Program-made: the position numbers and the translations under genes
The notes under the pieces: model-generated
Databases searched by the model: none
Told to the model about the DNA's origin: nothing
Seen by the model: the letters and a program-made list of their open reading frames with translations, nothing else
Source of the DNA: Elusimicrobiaceae bacterium
GTDB lineage: Bacteria; Elusimicrobiota; Elusimicrobia; Elusimicrobiales; Elusimicrobiaceae
Reading direction: 5' to 3'
DNA: 64,000 bases
Assembly (NCBI GenBank): GCA_017475405.1
Contig: JAFVFN010000008.1
Location: 1,254 to 65,253, forward strand
Part shown: one piece after another, positions 1-9,026 of the stretch
Layout of the letters: each line of letters begins with the position of its first letter
Position numbering within the stretch: the stretch's first letter is position 1

Positions 1-273
1 CGTCGGAGATTTTAATATCTTTGACAAATTTTAAAAGTTCTTGGCAATTTCTGCTTGTACTTTATGCCAACAAAACCACAGTACTGATTACATATATAAG
101 TATAGCAAATTGAGTAAAAATTGACAACCCCCTTTTGTTGAACCGCTACGCAAGTTTCTAATGCGACTTACCAGAATCTCTCCTAATGCTGGCCTCAAAC
201 AAAAGCGGACGAATAAGCGAAAAGGGACCGCTCACGCAATCCCTTTTTACATTTAATTCGCACAACAGCGACC

Positions 274-669
274 TTATTTAAATGGTAAAGATGCCGGTTG
301 AGATTGAGCTACCAAACGATCGTGATAAGCTTCACTGGACTCATTGGGAAATCGACCACCTAAGAAAATCGCCTTAAGCCATTGTTTTACGCTTCCTTCT
401 GCCTGCTTGGCGAGAGCCTTTGAGGCAACCGGTTTGGCCGGGCTGTCTTTTTTTACCTGCTGCGCCTTAACACTGGCTTGAGCCACACGACGGGTCACTG
501 CCTTTTGCAGATTCAACTGCCGCGTAGTTTGAGTCGACGCACGGCAGGTAACACCTGTATTACCGTTTAAGGCCGCACTAGTAATAGCTACTTCAACCCG
601 AGGGGATTGAGCTTGTACCGCAGCCGCAACATATACGACTGTGGCAAGGATAAGTATTATTTTTTTCAT
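274..669 (-). CDS. Hypothetical exported protein (~131 aa)
   Basis: ORF track 274..720; preferred start MKKIILILATVVYVAAAVQA at 669 has a GGAGA Shine-Dalgarno and a signal-peptide-like N-terminus; no family recognised. Confidence 0.6.
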   Translation of the reverse strand: MKKIILILATVVYVAAAVQAQSPRVEVAITSAALNGNTGVTCRASTQTTRQLNLQKAVTRRVAQASVKAQQVKKDSPAKPVASKALAKQAEGSVKQWLKAIFLGGRFPNESSEAYHDRLVAQSQPASLPFK

Positions 670-867
670 TTTTCTGTCTCCTAATCTAGATATCAAAAAA
701 GAGACCTCGCATTTTTTCATTGTATTGCGAGGTCCCTTGCTACAAAAACCAAATTTATTTCATCAAGCCCACTCGCAAATAAAGCCCTCCTCTAGCCACA
801 TCATCGGGCAAGAGTTAATCATAAAGGACAAACAATAATTGCGTGTGTTAATACTTTGCATAGTTTC

Positions 868-897
868 AGTATAACATAACTACTTTTTGGATGTCAA
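868..897 (-). promoter_or_regulatory. Sigma70-type promoter
   Basis: Minus strand TTGACA-18 bp-TATACT with TGn extension, upstream of the 274..669 gene. Confidence 0.5.
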
Positions 898-979
898 TTT
901 TTTCATTTATCAATTCATTACTATACAACATATACAGAGTCCCGTATCAAAAGATTTGTACTCTGGGAACAGAGATATT

Positions 980-1020
980 AAAGAAGGCCTGCGCGTAGCG
1001 CAAACCTTCTTTTGTTTTTT
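980..1020 (+). terminator. Intrinsic terminator-like hairpin
   Basis: AAAGAAGG..TGCGC-GTA-GCGCA..CCTTCTTT followed by a T-rich run. Confidence 0.45.
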
Positions 1021-1076
1021 GTACCCGTTTTAGTTTTTATTACCCCACTAACTGAGGTAAATCGTTATCAATCCCC

Positions 1077-1115
1077 AAAAAAACGACCCCCACCGATTTC
1101 AGTTAGGTGGGGGTT
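1077..1115 (-). terminator. Intrinsic terminator downstream of the 28-aa leader ORF
   Basis: Minus strand CCCCCACC/GGTGGGGG stem followed by T7. Confidence 0.7.
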
Positions 1116-1137
1116 CTATCAAAAATAAAATAAACTA

Positions 1138-1224
1138 TTACGCCCACCCAACATACAACGGCTCTAGCCAATTAGATTGGTTAAAGTATACGTTATGTTT
1201 AATGTTCGTAATCACTTGCTGCAT
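1138..1224 (-). CDS. Putative leaderless 28-aa peptide MQQVITNIKHNVYFNQSNWLEPLYVGWA (possible attenuator leader)
   Basis: Translated by hand; ATG lies 6 nt after the -10 of a near-consensus promoter; followed by a terminator; two Trp codons. Confidence 0.5.
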   Translation of the reverse strand: MQQVITNIKHNVYFNQSNWLEPLYVGWA

Positions 1225-1230
1225 GATTTT

Positions 1231-1259
1231 ATAATAGCAAGTTTTGCACACAGTGTCAA
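1231..1259 (-). promoter_or_regulatory. Sigma70-type promoter for the 28-aa peptide
   Basis: Minus strand TTGACA-17 bp-TATTAT with TGn extension. Confidence 0.7.
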
Positions 1260-1279
1260 ATAAATGTTATTCTTATGGT

Positions 1280-2284
1280 ATGGATTTAAAAACTCTTTTA
1301 AAACATACCTCCCGCAGCTTGTACTTGAGTGTAAAGATGCTGCCTTCTAAGATGCGTCTTCCTTTTGGCATTGCCTATTTGCTTTGCCGCTACGCAGATA
1401 CCATTGCTGATACCGCCCTGCTTCCCGCCCCGCGGCGCCTTTATTGGGTAGAAAAATTTCCTCAATTGGTCCAAGAAGAAAACATTGCCGAACAAGAAAC
1501 ACTTGCCCGGGAACTAACCGGAACTAGCGAGAACCCTTACGAAGCGTCTTTGATTACCCATTTAACAGATTGCTTGAAAGAACTTAAACGGGTTGCGCCC
1601 GATCTCAAACCATATATATATGAGGTAGTAGCAGCCGTATGCGAGGGGATGAAAATTGATTTAACCACATTCCCTAATAACCAAGCGGTTCATCCTGTTG
1701 CTTTTAATACTGAAAGCGAATTGGCACTTTACTGCCGCTTAATGGGCGGCAAGCCTGGACTATTTTGGAGTCAGCTCATTTATCATACTCTTTGTGTGAA
1801 ACTTCCCAAAGAACAATTTTTTGAACTTGGACAAAAGATCGGAGACAGTTTGCAGATTGTAAATATCCTGCGGGATTTACCTAAAGACTTACAAAACGGA
1901 CGCTGTTATCTCCCTCGAACAGATTTACATATGTATGGACTGGCTCCTGCAGAGTTGCAACTTAAAAAAAATTTCAAGAAATTTGTTCCTATCCAAAAAA
2001 AATGGACCCATTGGGGTAAAGAAAATCTGCTACATGCAACCGCCTATTACACAGCTCTTCCCAAAACAGCGTTTCGTGTACGTGCAGCCGTGGCTTGGCC
2101 CATGTTATGGACTGCCGATACCTTTGCCAAATTAACACAAACTCCGGATTTATTAAATCCACAGAAACGTGTCAAAATTTCAAGAGTACGGGTGTATGCT
2201 ACCATGTTAGTTACTCCCTGTATCCTGTTAAGTAACCGGTTATTTAGTTGGTGGATCAACTACAAATTAAATAAATTGCCATAG
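1280..2284 (+). CDS. Squalene/phytoene synthase family protein
   Basis: Motifs YLLCRYADTIADT and LQIVNILRDLPKDLQNGRCYLP; ATG at 1280 preferred (6 nt after TGnTATTCT). Confidence 0.8.
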   Translation: MDLKTLLKHTSRSLYLSVKMLPSKMRLPFGIAYLLCRYADTIADTALLPAPRRLYWVEKFPQLVQEENIAEQETLARELTGTSENPYEASLITHLTDCLKELKRVAPDLKPYIYEVVAAVCEGMKIDLTTFPNNQAVHPVAFNTESELALYCRLMGGKPGLFWSQLIYHTLCVKLPKEQFFELGQKIGDSLQIVNILRDLPKDLQNGRCYLPRTDLHMYGLAPAELQLKKNFKKFVPIQKKWTHWGKENLLHATAYYTALPKTAFRVRAAVAWPMLWTADTFAKLTQTPDLLNPQKRVKISRVRVYATMLVTPCILLSNRLFSWWINYKLNKLP

Positions 2285-2364
2285 GTCTGCCAAAAAAGAT
2301 ATACTATTACGTATTTATTTTTTGCCCCTGTTTGCTTGTACCCGCAATCAAAAGGAGCTGTTAT

Positions 2365-3738
2365 ATGTTGGAACAATTCTCACAAGCAGTAGCCTTTATT
2401 AACGATCAGTGTTTGGGCTATCTCCTTATCACCGCGCTGATTGCGTCCGGTGTATATTTTACCATCGTTACTCGTGGGGTACAGTTCGCCCGTCCCAAAG
2501 AAATGTTTCGCCTTATGTTGGGGGGCAATAATAAACCCAAAGCCAAAGAACATATTTCTCCGTTTCAGGCCTTTGCCATCAGCACGGCCTCGCGTGTAGG
2601 AACCGGCAACATTGCAGGCGTTGCATTGGCCATCACGACCGGCGGACCGGGGTCCGTTTTTTGGATGTGGCTCATTGCCGTATTCGGCGCCGCTTCTGCC
2701 TTTGCAGAAAGCACCCTGGCCCAAATCTATAAAGTCAGAACCGGAAAAAACTTCCATGGCGGGCCTGCGTATTATATCCAAACAGCTCTTAAAAACAGAC
2801 CGCTCGCCACAGCGTTTTCTATTAGTTTAATTGCTACTTTCCCGTTTGTCTTTAACTCCGTGCAATCCAATACCATTGCACTGTCTTTAAAAACAACATT
2901 TGACGCAGATCCACTCGTAACGGGAGTAGTACTGGCCGCTTTAACAGCTATAATTATTTTTGGCGGACTCAGACGCATTGCCAAATTTTCGGCAGTTATT
3001 GTACCAATATTTGCACTGGCCTATATCGTAATTACGTTTGTTATGATGTTGCTAAATATTACGGAGATTCCACATGTGTTCAGCCTGATTATTTCCGATG
3101 CTTTCAGTTGGAAAAAACTAATCGGCGGAGCTTTGGGAGCTACTATCATGACAGGGGCACGACGAGGACTATTTTCCAATGAAGCGGGTATGGGTTCTGC
3201 ACCTAATGCAGCCGCTACCGCACATACTTCCCACCCGGTCAAACAAGGTTATGTGCAGGCCTTTAGTGTATTTGTAGATACCTTGATTATTTGCAGTTGT
3301 ACGGCTTTTATTATACTATTAGCTGACTATACACAGTTCCCCAGAGTCGAAGGAATCGCCCTTACACAGGCCGCACTAACCCAAGAACTTGGCCCATTTG
3401 GCAATTACTTTATTTCGGCCAGTGTACTACTTTTTGCATTTACTTCTATTATCGGTAACTATTATTATGGCCAGGCCAACATAGAGTTCTTAAGCCGCAG
3501 ACGTATCGTCATGGTAATATTTCGCACGGCTGTTAGTTTGATGATACTGTTGGGAGCTGTTATGCAGTTCAAACTGGCCTGGGGACTAGCCGACCTGTGC
3601 ATGACATGTATGGCCCTTATTAACATTTATGCCATTTCACGGTTACGTAAACAAGTCGTAGCAGCACTGGATGATTACCGCATCCAAAAAGAAAAGGGGC
3701 AAGACCCCGTATATAGGGGAACTGGTGTTTGGGAATAA
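2365..3738 (+). CDS. Alanine/glycine:cation symporter (AgcS/AlsT family)
   Basis: ISPFQA, RVGTGNIAGVALAITTGGPGSVFWMW and RRGLFSNEAGMGSAP motifs; AAGGAG SD before ATG 2365. Confidence 0.9.
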   Translation: MLEQFSQAVAFINDQCLGYLLITALIASGVYFTIVTRGVQFARPKEMFRLMLGGNNKPKAKEHISPFQAFAISTASRVGTGNIAGVALAITTGGPGSVFWMWLIAVFGAASAFAESTLAQIYKVRTGKNFHGGPAYYIQTALKNRPLATAFSISLIATFPFVFNSVQSNTIALSLKTTFDADPLVTGVVLAALTAIIIFGGLRRIAKFSAVIVPIFALAYIVITFVMMLLNITEIPHVFSLIISDAFSWKKLIGGALGATIMTGARRGLFSNEAGMGSAPNAAATAHTSHPVKQGYVQAFSVFVDTLIICSCTAFIILLADYTQFPRVEGIALTQAALTQELGPFGNYFISASVLLFAFTSIIGNYYYGQANIEFLSRRRIVMVIFRTAVSLMILLGAVMQFKLAWGLADLCMTCMALINIYAISRLRKQVVAALDDYRIQKEKGQDPVYRGTGVWE

Positions 3739-3813
3739 AAATCTCCGACGATAAAAAATATTTTTAAAATTGGGTCTTGAAATTTTAAAAAAAAGTCTTA
3801 TTATACTATTAAC

Positions 3814-3986
3814 TATTAGTACTTGGGAAACGGGCTTGCTCCCTGGTTGCAGTTGTGCGTTCACTGCGTGAGTGCCGATTGCGTGAAGACCCGGAGAGGT
3901 TCCACCCCTAGGAAATAGGAACATGGAGTCATAATAATGACACGAATGAGCTAAACCCCCGAATTGGTACGCGGGGGTTTATTTTT
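3814..3986 (+). ncRNA. Candidate stand-alone ncRNA, 6S RNA-like rod
   Basis: ORF-free interval with promoter (TTGAAA 3777, TATTAT/TATACT ~3800); by-eye rod: TCCCTG..CAGTT closing stem with AATTGG..CGGGGG, central bubble, ATTgCGTG/CACGAAT, GAC/GTC, GTTCC/GGAAC; 3' AAACCCCC/GGGGGTTT hairpin plus T run. Confidence 0.5.
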
Positions 3987-4077
3987 AGAGTGAATTTCGA
4001 TAACATAAAAGACTGGTTTTTGCCAGTCTTTTTTGAGTTTATAGTAATTTAAAGGATGTCTCCTTGTATTGAACGTT

Positions 4078-4461
4078 TTACTTCCCTTCACGGCTTTTAC
4101 GTTTCATTTCCCGCCATACAGATAATGCTTCTTCCGGGCTGGCCGCTTTGGCTTGATCGCCAAATACATGCGGATGGCGGTAATGCAACTTATCATATAA
4201 TCCCTGAATCACATCGTCAATCGTAAAGAATCCCTCTTCTTTGGCAATTTGTGCGTGCAATAATACTTGAAGAAGAACATCCCCAAGTTCTTCTTTCATA
4301 TTATCGGTATCTTTCTTCTCAATAGCAGCTATCAGCTCTTCGCTTTCTTCACGCATATTTTTAATAAGGCTCTCATGGGTTTGTTTCTTATCCCACGGAC
4401 AACCATTCGGACCGCGTAAAATGGCAAAAGTTTCTACTAAATCGGCAAAATTATTTTTCAT
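4078..4461 (-). CDS. MazG-family nucleotide pyrophosphohydrolase (single domain)
   Basis: LRGPNGCPWDKKQT and EELGDVLLQV motifs. Confidence 0.85.
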   Translation of the reverse strand: MKNNFADLVETFAILRGPNGCPWDKKQTHESLIKNMREESEELIAAIEKKDTDNMKEELGDVLLQVLLHAQIAKEEGFFTIDDVIQGLYDKLHYRHPHVFGDQAKAASPEEALSVWREMKRKSREGK

Positions 4462-4493
4462 CGTATCCCCCAAAAATGTTATACAATTATTAT

Positions 4494-5801
4494 ATGAAAA
4501 AATTATCCCTCATTACGACTTTCCTATTTTGTTTTTCTCTTTGTGCTTGGGCACAAATGACGATAGTGCGCATGGACGGTAATAAAGTATTCTTAGATAC
4601 CTCCGAAGAAAAAACTGTACTTACTAAAGGTTCTACTTTTAAAGTAATCGTTTCTTCTGAAACACTAACAAATCCTAAAACAGGAAAAAACTTAGGCGAA
4701 ATCTATAAGTATTCTGATGCGGGAATCATTACAGAAGTACAACCCTTATACGCTGTGGGCGAACTAAAAAATACTACTGGTGTTACGGTGGGTAAACAGG
4801 TTGTATTAGAAGAAATCAAACCTGTTACAGTTGGAGAAACTTCGATTTCTTCTAAAGAAACCCCTAAATCTGCACGACCTACCACTACTTATCAACCAAT
4901 TGAACAAACGGTAATTAGTTTAACTGAGGCCAATGTAACAGCCGCCGACGCCAAAAATATCATTACACTTTCCAATAACAATGAGGTAACGGTTTTCTCA
5001 CGCGCTGAAAAAGAAATCTTAACACCGCAACTTAGTTTCGCGCTCCCAGCCGGGAAAAAAGGGCTGTCCATTTCCGCGGCAGCTGTCAAAGAAGGTCTTG
5101 CCCAAATTTTTGTGACTGTATATAATCTGGACCGTGGACAAATCAATACGCTAGTACTTGAAAACAAAAACGGAACGTTGGAAAATACGGCTACGCTTCC
5201 CTTCTTTACCAAAGAACTGGGGTGCGGAACAGATAAAAAAATATGGGGACAACGTCCATTTGTCTTGGGAACTAATCCCGGTAATGCCCGTGAAATTATT
5301 TATAAAAATGACAAATTTGAAGCCGGTAAAAATACATTCAATACACGTCATAATTTCTTGGAAGGACTTAATTACTACCCGGTAGAAAAAGCCCATCAAA
5401 ACAACTTAATTTTCACGGCTAGCAACGGTACGCTGCGTATGCTTTTAGCCAACGGAAAGCGTGCCGAAAGCACCGACGCATTTGGCTCGACACCACTTCG
5501 CATACAATATAAGCAGGAAATTTTGAAATTCTACCCGTCTGTACAAATTTTTGGCGAACCGGGAAATGCTACTCTAGTCGCTGTGGAAAACAGCACCAAA
5601 TTTGGATTATTAACTGAAACTTTCGGTCAATACCAAAATGGAAAAGTTCACTTTTTAAACTATCAAAAAGGCCGTTTACAAATAACGGATACCGTTCTAT
5701 TAGACGGTGTACTGTATGACACCGCTTGTACAGACAACGCTATTTTAACAGCCGAAACTTTGCCTGACGGTACAAGTACAATAGTAGAAATTTTAAAATA
5801 A
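4494..5801 (+). CDS. Hypothetical exported protein
   Basis: Long ORF with signal peptide MKKLSLITTFLFCFSLCAWA; N-terminal TNPKTGKNLG segment reminiscent of FlgT/CsgG-associated domains (weak). Confidence 0.65.
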   Translation: MKKLSLITTFLFCFSLCAWAQMTIVRMDGNKVFLDTSEEKTVLTKGSTFKVIVSSETLTNPKTGKNLGEIYKYSDAGIITEVQPLYAVGELKNTTGVTVGKQVVLEEIKPVTVGETSISSKETPKSARPTTTYQPIEQTVISLTEANVTAADAKNIITLSNNNEVTVFSRAEKEILTPQLSFALPAGKKGLSISAAAVKEGLAQIFVTVYNLDRGQINTLVLENKNGTLENTATLPFFTKELGCGTDKKIWGQRPFVLGTNPGNAREIIYKNDKFEAGKNTFNTRHNFLEGLNYYPVEKAHQNNLIFTASNGTLRMLLANGKRAESTDAFGSTPLRIQYKQEILKFYPSVQIFGEPGNATLVAVENSTKFGLLTETFGQYQNGKVHFLNYQKGRLQITDTVLLDGVLYDTACTDNAILTAETLPDGTSTIVEILK

Positions 5802-5818
5802 TTTTAGGAGAAACCACT

Positions 5819-6511
5819 GTGGCACAAACAACTGAAAAAATTGATGTCTTAGATAAAGGCTTTGTACGCCTGATTGATTTTATGGGCGGTGATGACCGCG
5901 CCGTGCAGGCAGCACGTGTATCATTCGGTGCTGTATCCAAAGGGCCGGAACAAGATAAACGGCTTATTAAATATTTAATGGAACATGCACACCATACGCC
6001 ATTTGAACACTGCTATTTCCAGTTTCATATTTGCTGTCCCATTTATGTGGCACGCCAATGGATGCGCCATCGTTGGGGTTCTTACAATGAAGTAAGTGCT
6101 CGTTATACGGAAGTAAAAGATGAGTTTTACATTCCGCAAACGTTCCGCGGACAAGACACTAAGAACAAACAGGGGTCTGTGGATACCGCCAGTTTAGATC
6201 AGGCAGCCTTACATAAAATTTATGAAGACTGCATTGAAACTTCTTATGCGGCTTACCATAAACTTATTGAAGCCGGCGTAGCACGGGAAATGGCCCGCGG
6301 AGTGCTTCCAGTATGTCAATATACCCAATTTTACTGGAGTGTAAACGCACGCAGCTTATTTAACTTTTTATGCTTACGCACCGATAAACATGCCCAATAT
6401 GAAATCCGTGTTTACGCCGACGTAATCGCGAAGATGGTACAGGAAAAAATGCCGTGGGCTTGGGAAGCGTTTGAAGCCTTAAACAAACAGCTTCCGCTCG
6501 GCGCAGCATAA
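5819..6511 (+). CDS. thyX: FAD-dependent thymidylate synthase
   Basis: HHTPFEH and RHRWGSYNEVSARY (RHRx7SxR) motifs; GTG start with AGGAG SD. Confidence 0.95.
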   Translation: MAQTTEKIDVLDKGFVRLIDFMGGDDRAVQAARVSFGAVSKGPEQDKRLIKYLMEHAHHTPFEHCYFQFHICCPIYVARQWMRHRWGSYNEVSARYTEVKDEFYIPQTFRGQDTKNKQGSVDTASLDQAALHKIYEDCIETSYAAYHKLIEAGVAREMARGVLPVCQYTQFYWSVNARSLFNFLCLRTDKHAQYEIRVYADVIAKMVQEKMPWAWEAFEALNKQLPLGAA

Positions 6512-6528
6512 TAAAAGGGGAAACCATT

Positions 6529-7737
6529 ATGAGAGTGCTGGGGATGATTATGGCCGGGGGCAAAGGAGAACGTCTTTACCCGCTGACCAAAGACCGCTCA
6601 AAACCGTCCGTACCTTTCGGCGGAAAGTACCGTATTGTAGATTTTGTGCTTTCCAACTTCATTAATTCGGGTATTTTTTCTTCGTATGTGTTGGTGCAGT
6701 ATTTATCTCAAAGTTTGATTGAATACCTACGTACCACCTGGCGTACCGAAGGGATTGTTGCCGATCACTTTTTGACCTGCGTACCGCCGCAAATGCGCTT
6801 AGGAGAAATTTGGTATCGCGGTACGGCCGATTGTGTGCGTCAAAATATCAATTTGGTAAAAGACTTTGCACCAGATTTGGTAGCTATCTTCGGAGCGGAT
6901 CATATTTACCGGATGGACGTGCGACAAATGATTGATTTTCACGTGAAACACAAAGCCGATGTCACAGTGGCTGCAAATACCGTTCCGTTGCAACAGGCAA
7001 CCGCTTTTGGCGTACTAGGTACCAATGAAGACGGACGCATTATTGAGTTTAATGAAAAACCGGCTCATCCCCAGTGTATCCCCGGTGATCCTAAACATGC
7101 CTATGCGTCCATGGGTAACTATATTTTTAATACAGATACTCTCTTACAGGTCCTTCAAAAACGATTTGCCGATACGCCCGCTCTAGATTTTGGTAAACAC
7201 ATTTTACCCAAAATTTTAACGGACTATCGCACCTATGCCTACAATTTCCAAAGTCAAAAACTGCCCGGATCCAAGGCATATGAAGAGCAAGGATATTGGC
7301 GAGATGTAGGTACGATTGAATCTTTTTGGCAAACCAATATGGATTTATTGGGACCCAAACCCAAATTGGACTTAAATAATTCCAACTGGCCGGTCAGCAC
7401 TACCCTGCACCGGGTTCCGCCCACTAAGTTTTTGGGCGGCAGTGTTACCAATTCTATGATTGGGGATGGCTGCGTAATTAACCCCAAGGCCAAGATCAAG
7501 AACTGTGTTATTAGCGATAGCGTAATTATCGGAGAGGGAGCCGAATTAGAAGGTTGTGTAATTATGGATAATTGTGAAATTAAAGCGGGTTGTAAACTCA
7601 AAAAAGTAATTATGGATCGCTTTAACACGATTGCCGCCAAACAAACCATCGGTCTTGATTTAGAGAAAGATTCCCAGAAATATTATATTGATCCCTCGGG
7701 GATTATAGTTATCCCGCGCGGTAAAAACAAATATTAA
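6529..7737 (+). CDS. glgC: Glucose-1-phosphate adenylyltransferase
   Basis: MAGGKGERLYPLT, KPSVPFGGKYRIVDF, YRGTAD, FNEKP, YWRDVGTI motifs. Confidence 0.95.
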   Translation: MRVLGMIMAGGKGERLYPLTKDRSKPSVPFGGKYRIVDFVLSNFINSGIFSSYVLVQYLSQSLIEYLRTTWRTEGIVADHFLTCVPPQMRLGEIWYRGTADCVRQNINLVKDFAPDLVAIFGADHIYRMDVRQMIDFHVKHKADVTVAANTVPLQQATAFGVLGTNEDGRIIEFNEKPAHPQCIPGDPKHAYASMGNYIFNTDTLLQVLQKRFADTPALDFGKHILPKILTDYRTYAYNFQSQKLPGSKAYEEQGYWRDVGTIESFWQTNMDLLGPKPKLDLNNSNWPVSTTLHRVPPTKFLGGSVTNSMIGDGCVINPKAKIKNCVISDSVIIGEGAELEGCVIMDNCEIKAGCKLKKVIMDRFNTIAAKQTIGLDLEKDSQKYYIDPSGIIVIPRGKNKY

Positions 7738-8180
7738 TGCAATCACATATTTTTTATAACACGGATATTCCCAAATACTTACGTCGCACCGGGCTTTTTA
7801 AAAAAGCACTGGAAAAGGGTCTTAAAAAATTTGCCAAACAAAATATAGAAGTAAACGTAATTTTTGTAGGCGAAAAAGAAATCCTGCGTGTCAATAAACA
7901 GTATTTGGGACACCTCTATGTAACGGATGTAATTTCATTTAACAATGAACGTCCTCCAGTAATACTGCCTGGCGAACCTTGGGAATTTGGAGATATCTTT
8001 GTGTGTTATCCGGTAGCACGTAAAAATGCCAAAAAATTTGACCACACGATTTTACAGGAAATGCTTATGTACGTAACACACGGAGCACTGCATTTATCAG
8101 GCATGGATGATCACGAACCGAAAGACCGCGCAGAAATGGACCGACAGGCCGAAAAAATTATTCAAGAAATTCTTAAATAA
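7737..8180 (+). CDS. ybeY: rRNA maturation endoribonuclease YbeY
   Basis: TDVISF, GDIFVC and HGALHLSGMDDH zinc motif. Confidence 0.9.
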   Translation: MQSHIFYNTDIPKYLRRTGLFKKALEKGLKKFAKQNIEVNVIFVGEKEILRVNKQYLGHLYVTDVISFNNERPPVILPGEPWEFGDIFVCYPVARKNAKKFDHTILQEMLMYVTHGALHLSGMDDHEPKDRAEMDRQAEKIIQEILK

Positions 8181-8208
8181 AACTCTTCGGAAAATTTTTA
8201 GCAGTCAA

Positions 8209-8985
8209 TTATACGTTGATGACCGTTGGAACACCCTGGTCAGAAATTTCCAAATACTGTAATTTGCGGTGCATACCTACATCCAAGGCTATCATACTGA
8301 TGACCCGATCAATAACTACATTTTCTACAGGAGTATGACCGATTACCTGCCATATGGGGCTTCCCTGCGGGTAAGAGGTGATCAAATCACCTAAATCTTC
8401 CCAAAAGATTCCTCCAAAACGGTCCGGTCCTTTGCGACTTAGGCTGATATTGAAAATAGGGTGTTTAAAGAACGCATGTTTAATGGATTCCTTAAAAATC
8501 AGATTGATTAAAATAGCTAAATTGGCCGCATTGGGATCATCTAGCTGCATTTTGAAAATACGAAAAAGTTTGCGTGTAACCCCGGCATGTGTAAACAGAA
8601 ATCCCTTATATGCATAGGCTCCTTTTAAGTCCCCGCTAAGCACCTGTCCAATAAGTTTCGCGCGAATTTGTACGGCTTGCTCACGTTGGAACTCTGAAAT
8701 CAAATAGTTTTCCATCATCAGTTCCAATTCATGATTGCCTACCAAACGGATTACTTCTCCGCCCCCAGCCAATGCTTCGACCTGTAATTGGTCTAGCAAA
8801 GCTGCTACTTTTAGTGAAAACGGTCCGCGATCTAAAATATCTCCGATCTGTACCAGTCGGTTATGCCCACCGCACCAATGCTGTTCGGCATCAATCAGTT
8901 TGGCATGACGCAGGATTTTGACCAATCCTTCAAATTGGCCATGCACATCTCCTACGGCAACAAGCTTACGCGGTATTTTCTGCAT
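8209..8985 (-). CDS. Calcineurin-like metallophosphoesterase (Shewanella-like phosphatase type)
   Basis: GDVHG, GDILDRG, GNHE, HAG and GHT motifs; AGGAAG SD before ATG 8985. Confidence 0.85.
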   Translation of the reverse strand: MQKIPRKLVAVGDVHGQFEGLVKILRHAKLIDAEQHWCGGHNRLVQIGDILDRGPFSLKVAALLDQLQVEALAGGGEVIRLVGNHELELMMENYLISEFQREQAVQIRAKLIGQVLSGDLKGAYAYKGFLFTHAGVTRKLFRIFKMQLDDPNAANLAILINLIFKESIKHAFFKHPIFNISLSRKGPDRFGGIFWEDLGDLITSYPQGSPIWQVIGHTPVENVVIDRVISMIALDVGMHRKLQYLEISDQGVPTVINV

Positions 8986-9026
8986 AAAAAACTTCCTAAA
9001 TACTATAATATAGTATAGCAAATACT

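Noticed and set aside
641-838. 65-aa plus-strand ORF
   Set aside because: Overlaps the start and upstream region of the minus-strand gene; no SD or motif.
2285-2364. Glycine riboswitch upstream of the alanine/glycine symporter
   Set aside because: The gap is only about 80 bp and lacks the GGAGA/CCGAAG/CTCTCAGG motifs.
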